64,000 nucleotides of DNA, taken from NCBI GenBank assembly GCA_964016885.1, contig OZ024741.1, forward strand, positions 285,572,001 to 285,636,000, given 5' to 3'. The position numbers and the translations under genes are program-made. This document shows positions 1-15,479 of this stretch, in pieces. This stretch comes from Eledone cirrhosa. Lineage: Eukaryota. The notes beneath the pieces are model-generated. The model saw nothing but the letters and a program-made list of their open reading frames with translations, had not been told where the DNA came from and did not search any database. How positions within the stretch are numbered: the first letter of the stretch is position 1; each line of letters begins with the position of its first letter.

Positions 1-1617
1 TCATAGAGAGGGTTGGGAACGAACCTGGCTTTGGTGGGGCCCTGATCAACTTGGATCAATCTAAGGCGTTCGATAGGGTCGACCATCGTTACCTTGATGC
101 GGTGCTAGCGGCGGCAGGCTTCGGCCCGTTTTCAGGGGCTGGATCACTGCCATGCACAGCAGTCGCATCTGCTCTAGGGTCAAGGTGAACGGCTACCTCT
201 CGAAGCCGTTCGAAATCACGCGGTCCATCCGACAGGGATGCCCTCTCTCCTCCCTTCTGTATGTATTGGCCCTAGAGCCACTGTTGCGGAAGTTGGAGTT
301 GTTACAGTGCATCCCTTTGGAACCGGGATTGCGGAAAGCGGTGTCGGCCTACGCCGATGACGTGACAGTAATAGTGTCAACCGCCTCGTAAATCGGAGTG
401 ATCGGCACCTTACTGGAGGAATACGAAACGTTCACATGGGCTAAGCTGAATCTTGGCCAAGGGAAACGCTCACAAAAATGGAGCGCTCACTCTTCCGATT
501 CCTTTGGAAGAAGCGGGCTCCTTTGGTAAGGAGATCCATCTGCTGTCAACACCCTTCGAAAGGAGGGCTGGGGTTGCCGTGGCTGCTGATGAGTAAACAT
601 GCATTAAGGCTATGGCAGCTCCAGGTATTCCTCACCGGTCAACCGGTGTGGGTACCGTTTGTGTTGCCAGCCTTTCCGAGACGCATCTCGCTCACCGTGC
701 TGCAGTCCTGGGTCAAGCAAAGACCGAGAAAACTGGGCGCCTGGCACACCGAGTGTGCCCAGGCGCTCACGGCTCTCTGGCAGGCGGATCCGACTATTGG
801 TGGAGACTCCACCTCGTCATTCTATAGAGGGCTGGTGGTTAGTAGGTGCGACGACGCCCTCGGACAATCCCTACGACGCCCTCGGACAATGGAGGAAGAC
901 GAACTGGCCAGCCTATTCGGGAGGACATAAAGCTCTACAGACACTGGCGCCCGGGTAGGGACCCTTCGAAAAGAATCTGTCCCAGACGCGTGCGCGACGA
1001 GGAAACCGTTGCGCACGCATTGGTACACTGCTCGGGCGTTGCCAATCTGTGGGGCTATATCGAACGACTGCTGTCACGGGTGGTACCAATCCGGTTTACC
1101 ACTGAGTCCATTGTAACGATCAAGCCGCCTCCCCCCTTCAAAAATGAAGGAGAGGCGGTCTTCCTCTGTGTAATAGCCATGGTGAAAGAGATGGTATGGT
1201 GGACACGTTTGAAATGGCTGAGGTCGGACACCTTTCTCTCCGGCCAACAACTGGTCCTTTTCTTTAAATACTATTTTAAGAGAAGGATCAGAATGGAGAG
1301 AGAGGTGCTCTACCCCAGCAAGTTTTATGAAAGGTGGGTGAAAGTAGCGAGAATGGCCCGTGTGAATGGGCCTTATCTCATTATCAGCCTGTAGGTGGAA
1401 AGATGGCAGTGCAAAGGAGCACCCCCTCTCTGTGCTCCTAAGGAAAAGGGTTGCACACTTTTTCGGGGGTGTGTGTAACACCCAAAACGCCTCCTCCCTA
1501 TTGAGGACTGTATTGTTAATTTTATATTTATTTGTTTTTTTATTCGTTCCTTTATGTAAACTTCCCCCTTGTATTTGTCCTCTTCATGTGTGCCCTCGTG
1601 GCAAATAAATAGAAACT
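1..1617 (+). mobile_element. 3' part of a decayed Tx1/L1-clade non-LTR retrotransposon (RT, C-terminal zinc finger, 3' UTR)
   Basis: LDQSKAFDRVDH, SIRQGCPLS and YADD RT motifs; CPRR..ETVAHALVHC finger; closely similar to 5620-7560 but with internal deletions, stops and frameshifts; ends in (TATC)n. Confidence 0.93.
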
Positions 1618-1640
1618 TATCTATCTATCGATCTATCTAC

Positions 1641-1670
<30 letters not shown>

Positions 1671-1672
<2 letters not shown>

Positions 1673-1733
1673 GTCAACTTCCCCATTTGTATTTGTCCCC
1701 TTCTTTTGTACCCCTGTGGCTAATAAAGAAACA

Positions 1734-1735
<2 letters not shown>
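1671..1735 (+). mobile_element. Severely 5'-truncated Tx1 3' end between (TATC)n tracts
   Basis: tgtcaacttccccatttgtatttgtcc...gtggctaataaagaaac matches the 3' termini at 1555-1617 and 7495-7560. Confidence 0.85.
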
Positions 1736-1784
<49 letters not shown>

Positions 1785-2021
1785 TTATCTATCTATCTAT
1801 CTACCAGACGCGTGTAACTTCGCGGAGAAGTTTCCGTTATTTTATGTAAGAAAATACGTGTTTTCAGTTAAATTTTATATTATTGTGTAACTTGACCCTC
1901 CGTCTGGATTTTCAGGTGGTGGGTCAACTCATTTTCGCCCCTACAGGGACGAAATATTCGTTTGTAATATTTTTTCTCCATCGAATTTTGGAAAAAATAT
2001 CGTAAGAAGTTTGATTACGTT

Positions 2022-3875
2022 ATGAATGCTGCGTTCGACGATAATGGTGGTGGAGAGTCGGTAAGACTACATAGTTCGCAGTCAGCATCGTCTTCTTCCC
2101 TAGATACTATGGAGATGGAAAGACGAAATGAAATTGTAAAAACAAATTCATATCCAAACAACACAAATGACACCAAAGAGTACAATGACAACAAAAATAA
2201 CAACAACAACACCAATAATGATGATAAAAACAACAATGACAACAACAAAAAAGAGAAAAATAAAGACAACACCAATAATACCAGCATCAAAGACAACAAC
2301 AACACCAACACCAACACCAAGGAAAATACGAATAATATCAACATCAGAGACAACAAGAATAACAACAAGAATAACAACAATAATGACAACACCACCAACA
2401 CGGATAATTCCACAAAGAAACCAAAAATCTCCTTTGCACAGACAGTTCAGAAAAAGGAGGAACTGACATATCTTGACATAACAAATGCCGAACAAGGAAA
2501 CTGCTCTCAAAACGATAGTTTTTAGGACAGTTTCCAATTCTACCCGAAAACCATCCAATTGTCACAGAAAGAAATTGAACTGGTTTTCAAAAATTCAATG
2601 AATGATATTGCATTCATTCAAAGAAGCAAACTTTTTGGGAGTATTTCGGTACTCATGAAGGATCAATTGACGGCCCAAAAGTACTCTGTGTCGCCAATTG
2701 TATCCAACCTGTATACCTTTTTCCCTACATACATGGGAAAAAGGACACAAAAGATTAAAATCACGAGTGTCACACCAAAGGTGAACATATGGTGGATACT
2801 GTGCGGCTTCATCAATTTTGATGAGGACAGAATACTCTCAGTAGGAAAGTCCCCCAGCGATGTATTCAATGGGACTAGCATTGAAGTTCTGGTGCAAATG
2901 AGCCTAGAGCGAATAGCTATGATCCCACAACGTGTACTCCTGGACGGACTCACCTACATAAACTTTTCGGTTGAGGGTAAGCGGCCTTCATGTTACCATT
3001 GCTTTAGCAGGGGTCACCTGAGGGCTTCCTGTCCTAAATTAATGAGTAAAAAATAGGCTCTTCTGCCGACACCCATCAAAACAACACAACCACCAACACC
3101 ACCATAACAACAACAACACCAAAACACAAAAATAACCACAACAAACACAGTCCCACCCAACCCCACTCCACCTAAAACCACTGCAAAATCACATACAGAC
3201 GCAACAGCTCCCCCAGACATACCCCTCCCCAATCACACAGACGATACAACAGATGAGGCTATCTCGCCATCACCCAGTGAAGACGAGGGAGAACCCCATC
3301 GCTCGAAAAGAAAGAAAAGACACCACAAAAGCAAAAAACCCAGCAAACACTACCACAAACATGCACCACCAACACAAAAAACAAAAACATCACAAACTAA
3401 ACCCCCACCTCCTAAAAACAAAATACCTACAACAAAACGAAAGCACACACAAGAACTACAGACAAAAACAAACACAACACAAGAAAATTACACTTACACT
3501 TACATAAACACTGAAAACAAAACACTAATGGAGACCATCACGAACAACCCTTCGGTGAAAACCGAAGGGAAAACTTTCGCCCACTCTATTAAAAATAACA
3601 AAAAACTGAATCTAAAACTGATTAGGGTCCCTATACAAACTTATAGGTCCCTAAAAGAAATATTTGAAAAGGATGTGGGGAATTCCTGCGTGAAACCACT
3701 TAACCGCGTCCTTCTCAAATGGGTCCCCACCCCAGACACCCCCATGCCATCAGACCCCACCCCACCAAACATCTCCGTCACCACCCCGCCGGAAACCACC
3801 ACCCACCCAGACAACCCCTCCAACACCCGCATGGAAATCGTGCAGCCTGGTCCCCAGGAGACGAAGGGTGAGTGA
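2022..3875 (+). pseudogene. Tx1 ORF1 (gag-like nucleic-acid-binding protein), interrupted
   Basis: ORFs 2022-2525, 2559-3056 and 3528-3875 share a frame; zinc knuckle CYHCFSRGHLRASC; Asn/Thr/Pro-rich low-complexity arms. Confidence 0.85.
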
Positions 3876-3908
3876 TCTCTTTTCCTCGTTTAACTTTTCA
3901 GCACCAAC

Positions 3909-6900
3909 ATGGCCAATATAAGAGTTGGATGTGTGAACTACGCGGCCTGGGGATGCCCTGGAAACAGGGCAAACTATTAAACGACCTCAGGTCGCACAGT
4001 ATGGATGTAGTAGCCATTTGCGAGTCCAGCATCCACAGCGAGCGACAGCTAGCCCCCATCTTCGATGACTTTGAGATATACGCATCTCTCTGTCGGCCGG
4101 AGGTGGGGGCGGCGTTGCCGTTTTGCTGCGAAAGCACCTGGGCCTTGTAACACAGACGGTACATCTGGACCCGAAGGGTCGACTCGTGGTCCTAGACGTT
4201 GACGGTAGAGAAGGTGGAGCCTTCAGGCTGGTGGCTGCATATGCCCCATCCGGGACACCGCGGCCAGACTTCTTCAAACGTCTAGAGACTTTTCTGGGAA
4301 CGTCCCGCTCCTTGCTTTTAGTGGGGGACTGGAATGGAATCCTAGATGCACGTTGGGACTATGTGGGAGCATGTCCCGATAAAGGGGGGTGGGTGTAACA
4401 GCTTCAAACAGTTAATCGACCGATTTGACCTGGCCGATAGATATCGACTAGATTTTCCGACTGTGCCACTGTGGACGTGGACTAATTCCAGCGGAACATC
4501 TAGATCGTACCTAGATAGGGTTCTAGTTAGAAATAAGGATAGGGACATGTTAAGCTGTCCACAAATGTTCATGGTTGCCTATTCAGATCACAAACTAGTG
4601 ACCTGCATGGCCAACGTTGATAGAACCTATAGACAAGGACCCGGCTACTGGAAGCTGAACTTGTCGTTACCGACAAGCAAAGCCTACAGTAGACGGATTA
4701 GCACGTTAGTTAAACAGCACTTGACAGGGGCCATTGTCAACAACAGATGGTGGTACTCTTTCAAGAGCGCAGTTAGATTAGACTCGTTAGTTTTTAGTAA
4801 AGAATTAGCGTTAGATAGAAATAGAACCGAGAAGGAACTGGTAGATAAAGTAGAAGAGACAATTAGAAGTGGCAACGTAGCCAGCGTGATAGCAACGAGA
4901 ACGGCCTTGGACCAGTTCTTCGACGCAAAGCACGAGGGCTGCGTTGTCAGAAGCAAAATACGTGCTCTGGGAAGCGAGGGAGCCAAAGCTGTTAGCTGGG
5001 TCCGAGTGACGGAGGCAAAAAGTGGCAACAAGTCCACGATTCGGTCTTTGAAGGACCAAAACGGACGCGTAATACGTGAGCCGAAGGAGATGTGTGCGGC
5101 CTTTCAGCGGCACTTTGCTCAACTGTTCGGGTGGGGCGGCGCGCCGGGAGGGGCTATGGATTTCGGTCCATACCTCGACGGCCTACTGCGACTTTCGGAC
5201 AGCGAGGCAAAGTTCTGCGAAAAGCCGATTTCAGCCGCTTAGATAGGGGACGCGCTGAGCCAATGCGGCAATCGCAAATTTCCAGGTCTCGACGGTCTAC
5301 CCTACGAATTTTACGTAGCAATGACGCACTTATTCTCCGGTCTCCTGGAAGAGGTCTACTGCAACTGGCAACAGAACAGGAGAATTCCCAGTTCTGTAAC
5401 CGGGGGCGTAGTCACACTAGTCAGGAAGGACGAGAATAAGGGGCATGACATAGGCAATTTCCGGCCCATAACTCTGCTAAACACAGAGTTACAGATTTTG
5501 GCCAAGGTGTTGGCAAAGAGTCTGGTGCCTGTCGTAGAGAACCTGGAGGGAGAAGCGCAGACATGCGCAATCCCGACCAGGTCCATACACGACAACCTCC
5601 ACCTCATGCGATACATCATAGAGAGGGTAGGGTGTAAACCCGGCTTCGGTGGAGCCCTGATCAACTTGGATCAGTCTAAGGCTTTCGATAGGGTTGACCA
5701 TCGTTACCTGGATGCGGTGCTCGAGGCAGCAAGTTTCGGACCCGTGTTCAGGGGCTGGATTGCTGCAATGCACAACAGCAACATCTGCTCAAGGGTCAAG
5801 GTGAACGGCTACCTCTCGGAGCCGTTCCATATCACGCGATCCATTCGACAGGGATGCCCTCTCTCCTCCCTTCTGTACGTACTGACTCTCGAGCCACTAC
5901 TGCGGAAGTTGGAGCTATTGCAGAGCATCCCTCTGGAACCGGGACTGCGGAAAGCGGCATCGGCCTACGCCGACAATGTGACACTAATGCTGTCGAGCGC
6001 CTCGCAAATCGAGGAAGTCGGCACCTTACTGAAGGAATACGAAAGTTTCACAGGAGTGAAGCTGAACCGGGACAAGTCCATCGGTTTGCAACTCGGATCG
6101 TGGAGAGGCAAACCGATGCCTTCCGATGGCGTCGTCGGACGCTGGACGGAAGGACCGGTAAAGCTGCTCGGTAAAGCTGGATCTAAGTGACGGCCAAGGT
6201 GTTTGCACTCACCCAGAAGTGGGCCGAGTGCAAACTATCCTTGAAACGGTTGAGCTGAGGTGGCGAACACTTTTATAGCGTCCGCCATTTAGTACCGCTT
6301 GACCGTCGTGCCTTGTCCAGCCAAAACGCTCGCCAAAATGGAGCGCGCGCTCTTTCAATTCCTTTGGAACAGGCGGGCTCCTTTGGTGAGAAGATCCATC
6401 TGCTGCCAACACCCTTCTAACGGAGGGCTGAGGAGGCCGTGGTTGACGATGCACAAACACGCGCTCAGGCTGCGGCATCTGTACGTATTCCTCACCGGAC
6501 AACCGGTGTGGGCCACGTTCGTGAGGCGAGCCTTCCCACGACTCGTATCGCTGACCGAGCTGCAGTCCTGGGTCAAGCAAAGACCGAGGAAAATGGGTGA
6601 CTGCCACATCGAATGTGCTCAGGCGCTCACAGTCCTCTGGCAGGCGGACCCGGCGATCAGTGGAGACTCCACTTCGTCATTCTATAGAGGGTCGATCCGC
6701 AGCAAGTGCGACGACGCGATCGGTGAAACTCTAGGCGTAGAGGAAGATGAACTGGCCAGTCTGTTCGGTAGGACCTTCCGCCCGGGACCGATGGACAACT
6801 TCCAAAAGTCCCTGGCCTGGCAGTGCTACCGAGGAGCTCTACCAGTTCGAGACAAGCTCTACAGACATGGGCGCCCGGGCAGGGACCCTGCAAAAAAGAT

Positions 6901-7317
6901 CTGTCCGAGGTGCGTGCGTAACGAAGAAACCGTCGCGCACGCATTCATACACTGCCCGGGCGTAACTGACCTGTGGGGCTATGTAGAACGACTATTGTCG
7001 CGGGTGGGACCAATCCGGTTGACCACCGATTCCATTGTCATGATCAAACCGCCACCCTCCTTCCAAAACGAAGGAGAGGCGGTTTTCCTTTGTGTGATAG
7101 CTCTGGCGAAAGAGGTTGTATGGTGGACAAGGTTGAAAGGGCTGAGGTCAGACACCTTTCTCTCCGGCCAACAACTGATTCTTTTTTCTAATACCACTTT
7201 GGAAGAAGAATCAGGATAGAGAGAGAGGTGCTGTACCCCAGCAAGTTTTATGAAAGGTGGGTGAAAGTGGCGAGAATGGCCCGAGTGAATGGGCCTTCTC
7301 TCTATATCAGCCTGTAG
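3909..7317 (+). pseudogene. Tx1 ORF2: apurinic endonuclease + reverse transcriptase + zinc finger, frameshifted
   Basis: MANIRVGCVN..RGL, YAPS, VGDWN, SYLDRV, SDH, GYWKLN (APE); PGLDGLPYEFY, FRPITLLN, KAFDRVDH, QGCPLS, YADN (catalytic D mutated); CPRC..ETVAHAFIHC. Confidence 0.93.
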
Positions 7318-7590
7318 GTTGAGGAAAAGGAGGAGGAGAGGAAAGGAGTACAAACTCTTCGTATTCCTGGAGATGAGGGTTGCACTTTCTTTCGGGTGTA
7401 TGTGTTGCCCATATGAACTGTCTCCCCCTATTGGGGAAAATCGACTAATTTTTTAAATTGCATTTGTGATAACATTTTACACGTTTTTATTTTATGTAAA
7501 CTTCCCCCTTTGTATTTGTCACCTTTTTTGTGCCGCTGTGGTTAGCTAATAATGAAACATATCTATCTATCTATCTATCGATCTATCTAC

Positions 7591-7704
<114 letters not shown>

Positions 7705-8020
7705 GTTTGTCTCTCGTGTATGCTCGCTGTCTGTTTCTATGTCTACTGGCCTGTCTCATTAAGTCAGTGTTTTGTAAGCAAATACAAAGCGACCGACTAC
7801 CCGCCTGAAATAGATGATTCCTACGATGTTAACAAAACTGTGATATTATTTCTGAGATATGTAAACATATTGACTCTCAGATGACATATAAATGTTGACA
7901 TATGTTTATACACTCTGTCCCTTACTTATCTATATCCTGTCAGTTCCAGTAAATTTTAAATAATTCATTTATATATGTTTCCTCTGCAGCCATAATCATA
8001 CACTAATATCTACGCACGCA

Positions 8021-8063
<43 letters not shown>

Positions 8064-8189
8064 CCTCTCACACACACAAACACATACACACACAGACACA
8101 CAGACACAGATATACACACACATACACACGCGTATATCTATCTATCTTACTCTTTGTATATACATACATATATATATATATATATATAA

Positions 8190-8282
<93 letters not shown>

Positions 8283-8447
8283 CATATGCACCCAAACACA
8301 CACATAAACACTCAGGCACGCACACATATATATTATATGAAAATAATAGACTTACCCTGGACTTATACTGATCTGGTCAATGAACAATTTTCATTTACAC
8401 AGGCACACACGCACACAAACGGACACACAAATACATGTATACATACT

Positions 8448-8536
<89 letters not shown>

Positions 8537-8701
8537 AAAGGGAAGGAATAGAATGGAAACTAAGTAAAGACGAGAACAGGTGAAATAATGCAAAAATGTT
8601 GAGGAAGACGTAATAGAAGTTATGGATATATAGATGTATGTGTGTATGCGATGTGTGTGTATGTGTACATATATAAATATATATATATACATATATAAAT
8701 T

Positions 8702-8740
<39 letters not shown>

Positions 8741-8869
8741 GCCGGCACAGGTTCACCCCACTAATGTGTATATTATTAGATTATATTAGACTATATTATA
8801 TAGTAAAATATATTACGGTGAAGCCTCTATTTCTATTTCTAATTTAAACTTCGGTGGCCATCTTCCAAC

Positions 8870-9020
8870 CATACATCCGTTCGGATCTAGCTGCCGAAAC
8901 GGCCGTAGCTGAGCCGTCGGGGTCCTGACTCTTTTCCTATTACCCACTCTACTACCATAAGTATCGAGTACTCTGGTGCGGTATGGTCCACCTGGTTTCT
9001 TACCACACTTTCTTTGTTTT
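8870..9020 (+). mobile_element. Truncated pseudo-LTR tail related to the Penelope-like element at 23742-27930, with the 3' half of its hammerhead
   Basis: GAAACGGC..GCCGTC/GGGGTCC and the tail tacccactctactacc..gagtact..atggtccacctggtt..ttaccac match 27808-27925. Confidence 0.8.
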
Positions 9021-9027
9021 ATATATA

Positions 9028-9387
9028 CTAGCTGACGTACCCAGCTTCGCCCGGGAAAAACAGATGATAAGAGAAGACAGGTAAAAGAGAAAATTACTGT
9101 ATTGGATGTTTCTCTGGTTACAGTATGAGGCGAATCCGTGGTGTCTGTGTCATACAGAAAACACAAAAAAAAAACTTCCAGATATACCGGATTGTTCGCT
9201 GTACCGTTTGTGCATAGTATATGAACAATTCTAGGTGGTCCCACCTAGAATAGTGACCTCTAGGAGATGGTTCATCTTCTGCCTGACTGTAAAACGTGTA
9301 TCATTGCATAGACGTGGTTGTTCCACGTTTCTCAAAAGGATGATAGAAGTTCCAATCTTTTATATTATATGTAGATATAGATATAGA
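9028..9387 (-). mobile_element. Short non-autonomous Helitron
   Basis: Minus strand starts TC (tctatatctacatataatataaaa) and ends with a GC hairpin (cccgggcgaagctggg) about 10 nt before CTAG followed by T. Confidence 0.7.
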
Positions 9388-9407
9388 TAATTAATATAAA
9401 AGATGAT

Positions 9408-11510
<2,103 letters not shown>

Positions 11511-11679
11511 TATGTGTGTTTTTTGTTTTTTAGGTGTGTTTTTTTGTTTTTCTGTTTTTTTTGTTTTTTTTGTTTTTTTTTGTTTTTTTGTGAATGTGTC
11601 TGTTGATTTGGCATACTGTTGATTAGTTTAAGAGAAGTTCGAAGATAATAGTAAGATATGCACTCAGTATTTTGAATCT

Positions 11680-12175
11680 GTCTGCAGAATTCTCTAGACC
11701 TTTGTCACTTAGTAGAACCCTAATGACCTTTGCTTTTAAAGAATCTCCCTTTTCTTTAATTCTATCGAGCATGAATGACCCCCCACTGATTTTATAGACA
11801 TCTGCTAGCTTAAGAGAAACTTATTGACAAGGAATGGTATGCCATCCGGAACCTGTTTATAGAATTCTGTCTGCCTTTGTTACTCTAAAAACATAAATAA
11901 ATATAAATTAACTATAGCTTTGTAGAATTAGCTTTTAATGAATTCCCTTTTCTATCAACCAATGACCTGCACCCATCCCACTCCCCACCCTCTCCTACCA
12001 CTTGTAGAGACCTATAAATACCATATTTATTTTTTGATACCCAGATTCCTGATGATTTCTAATGAATGAAACAGTTCTAGTCCTGTAGAATCTCATCTAT
12101 ATTAAAACTGTTATACTCTGCTATGTATTGAGTACCTTACTTACTGTGGTTACCTCCGATTCAACCCGGAATAAC

Positions 12176-12177
<2 letters not shown>
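11680..12177 (+). mobile_element. Hammerhead-bearing pseudo-LTR-like element, family B, copy 1
   Basis: Homologous to 15480-15695, 28711-29095 and 29290-29781; internal ~190-bp sub-repeat; ends at ggttacctccgattcaacccggaataac then (TA)n. Confidence 0.85.
12043..12093 (+). ncRNA. Type I hammerhead ribozyme (family B)
   Basis: AGATTC-CTGATGA-t ttc taat gaa t-GAAACAG-ttctagtc-CTGTA/-GAATCT; 6-bp stem I, closed stem III. Confidence 0.88.
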
Positions 12178-12254
<77 letters not shown>

Positions 12255-12339
12255 CATGTATACATTTATATATATATATATACATATATAAATATATACA
12301 TATATATATATACATATATATATCTATATATCTATATAC

Positions 12340-12430
<91 letters not shown>

Positions 12431-12494
12431 AATATACATATATATATGTGTGTGTATGAGTGTTTGTATATATGTATATATATGTGTGTGTATG

Positions 12495-12564
<70 letters not shown>

Positions 12565-12794
12565 TGGATGAATACCTCAACAGGCACTAAGTACTTGTAG
12601 AAATATGCAAGGTGTTTATAGTTATATATATATATATAGTGTGTGTGTGTGTGTATGTGTATATATACATATATATATACATATATATATATAAATATGT
12701 GATTGTGTGTGTATGTATTTATATATATATATATACAAAATATCAGGAGGCTGGAGTGGTGTAATTCCTTGAAAGGTGTATTATACTATGATCA

Positions 12795-12846
12795 TTTCAA
12801 TGACCGGTTTCAGTATGAATCCGCTGACATCATCAGGTAATTGAAA
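12795..12846 (-). ncRNA. Type I hammerhead ribozyme (family C)
   Basis: Minus strand TTTCAAT-tac-CTGATGA-...-GAAACCGGTC/-ATTGAAA; palindromic ACCGGT stem III; stem II unclear. Confidence 0.72.
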
Positions 12847-14433
12847 TATAACAACGGAATATAATAGACAAAATCAATGGGTCTGAAAATCAGAGACATT
12901 GAAAATTAAAAATTAAGACTCGAACATACACTAGGTATCACCTGATACCATTCCAACTCTTCCATCCTCTATATCTATATGTATAACCTTGTTATCTCCA
13001 ACTGCACCTGATCTGTATTTTATTTCTCCTGTATTTTGATTTCTTCGATATGTTCTTATATACTTCATCTTTACTCCCTACATCACCACCCTAGTATGAC
13101 TGCATTTTATTTATGTATTTTACTTATGTTTTTATTTAAGTATTTATTTATTCTCTTTACTCTCAATATATACTTATCATTATACTCATTAGCACACGAC
13201 CCTAGAATATTACTCTCTGTTCCTTTATATCTGTTTATCTTTATTCACTCCCCCTACCCACCCAAGAATCACACTACATATAACCCGGACTAACTGGGGA
13301 CTATATATAGTCTATTTGCGCATTTCATCAGATTTTACCACTTTCAACTTCACATAACGGGTGTGAATAACTAATAATTGTTTGGTACACGTGATGATCC
13401 GACGGGTGTGGCTGCTTTCCCAACTGCACGCCAGGCGCTCGGGTTGACCAGCCTTTCTAGAGTGCTTGGAAAAATAAATTTCCCCTTCTTTCGGCAAACG
13501 AAATTAATCGGAACGGCTGCTTCGCCCTGGAGCCCTGTCAGACTTGGAACCCACCGCGCCACCGGTTATTGACCGTCAAACAGTACCTTTAAATTCTAGG
13601 CCTAATCATAACTTTTAACTTTATCATGCCTCCTTCTACTAGCACTTAACTAATTCCCCCAACAGTGTGAATAACTAGTAATCGTTTGGTATATACGATG
13701 GCCAGCCGGCGGTGGTGGACTTCCCGCTAACACACCCGACGCTTAAGACAGTTACATTACTGGAGTGCTCGGAAAAATAAATTTCTATTTCTATCGCCTG
13801 ATGATAATATTCGGAATGGTTGACCCGCCTTTGGGCCCCGGGCTTGCCGGGGTCCGCGACAGCGCTGGTTATTGACCGCTAAGCATGGGCTTAATCTTTA
13901 CTCTATATTCTACCCTGAAACTTTATCGTGACATTCTATAATACACTTTTTCATAAAAGCCTCCTTCTGTAAATTCCTTTAACTAAATCTCATAACTTTA
14001 AACCTAAACATTATTTTTCTAATTTCATCTTAAGTGGCATCTTCTAAACCTAAACATAAATTTAACGTTTCTAATTGTTAATCGTAATTTCTGTCCATAC
14101 ATTATACCACGCAGACGCCCAATATATATTACTATATGTAGCTTTGTTGAAGAGATATATATCCTTTGAAATAATGTTTTTCGCGGCACTTTCTAGCACG
14201 CATGACCAGCTTGATTGTATTGATTGTAACCTAATCTCAACGCTGGCCTCTGTCTTTGACGGGATGGTATTAGTACAATATAAGCCTGCGCCCCTTCACC
14301 AGATTGACATAAGTAAGCTTAATAATCACCATTTTAGGGCGGCCAACCGGGGTAGAAGCTGCTAAATGTTCGGTCGCCCTCATGTTTCTGATTTTCAGCC
14401 CCATGGTTTTGTCTATTATATTCCTTTGTTATA

Positions 14434-14485
14434 TTTCAAATACCTGATGATGTCACCGGATTCATACTGAACCCGGTCATTGAAA
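14434..14485 (+). ncRNA. Hammerhead (family C), core mutated GAAA>GAAC
   Basis: tttcaaatac-CTGATGA-...-GAACCCGGTC-attgaaa. Confidence 0.6.
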
Positions 14486-14599
14486 TGATCACAGTATAAT
14501 AAACCTTTCAAGGAATTACACCAGTCCAGCCTCCTGTTATTTTGTAATAATTAACTCCGTACTCGCACCACCAACTACACGAAGGAAGACGGGGGGGAG

Positions 14600-14690
14600 T
14601 TGCATTACGTTGAGTGCTCTCCATAATATTACATCGACGTTGACCATACGGAATGACCAGTGCTATCCAGTGGTAAACCAACAAACATAA

Positions 14691-14697
<7 letters not shown>
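14600..14697 (+). repeat. Short dispersed 3'-tail repeat, second copy at 30135-30228
   Basis: gttgagt..ctct..attacat..ttgaccatacggaat.gaccag..cagtggt.aacc in both copies; both end in (TA)n. Confidence 0.7.
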
Positions 14698-14734
<37 letters not shown>

Positions 14735-15058
14735 TGTGCGTATGTGTGTGTGTGTGTGTATGTGTGTGTGTATATGTGTGTGTATATATGTGTGTGTGTA
14801 GCGACAATATCAAGAAGAAAATCATCATGGTTCTCTATATTCGCTGGTATCCCTGTCCAAATGTATTCAGCTCCTACTCACAGCTACCTGCATTCCGGTA
14901 GTAAAGTATGATTTCAAATTTCCCATGCTTCGTAAACCAAGTAATCTTATTAATGTGATCCTGTCTATTGTACTCCTGAAGAAGGGCTTCCCTTCCTCTT
15001 TCCGGTATAAAGCGTGAAAGCAATAAGACGTTTTATACCTGTGTTTGTTGTCTCATTG

Positions 15059-15132
<74 letters not shown>

Positions 15133-15152
15133 ATGTGTGTGTGTGTGTGTGT

Positions 15153-15400
15153 GTGTATAAGGAAAAGAAATTGAAAATACAACTGGAGACAGTTTAAGAA
15201 TATATATTTGTTTCCTTTACCAGTTTCACATTTCTTATGCTTTGCAAAATTAGAATTGAGATGGAGGGTTTGAGAAAAACTATAAACAATCCATTTCAAT
15301 TCTACTTTTGAAAAGGATAAGAACTGTGAAACCGGTAAAGGAAACAAATGAATATTCTTAAAAAGCCTCCAGTTGTATTTTCGATTTCTTTTACTTATAC
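15153..15400. repeat. Fold-back (long imperfect palindrome) carrying a hammerhead 3' half
   Basis: Arms of about 115 bp are reverse complements; GAAACCGGTA in the right arm. Confidence 0.8.
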
Positions 15401-15479
15401 TTTCACTCGTGTAGGACATCTCGTTTTTTTTTTCATTTAAAAAAAACAACTAATTTTCTTAAATATATATATATATATA

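Larger units (their letters stand above)
1805..7560 (+). mobile_element. Near full-length, inactivated Tx1-clade LINE (5' UTR, ORF1, ORF2, 3' UTR) flanked by (TATC)n
   Basis: ORF1 with CCHC knuckle followed by APE-RT-zinc finger ORF2; (TATC)n on both sides. Confidence 0.93.
12733..14546. mobile_element. 1.8-kb element with ~165-bp inverted hammerhead-bearing termini (family C), non-coding interior
   Basis: 12733-12900 is the diverged reverse complement of 14381-14546. Confidence 0.8.

Noticed and set aside
14962-15030. CTGAAGA..GAAA with flanking gtctattg/caataagac pairing
   Set aside because: Stem III and cleavage triplet are missing; at best a deleted relic
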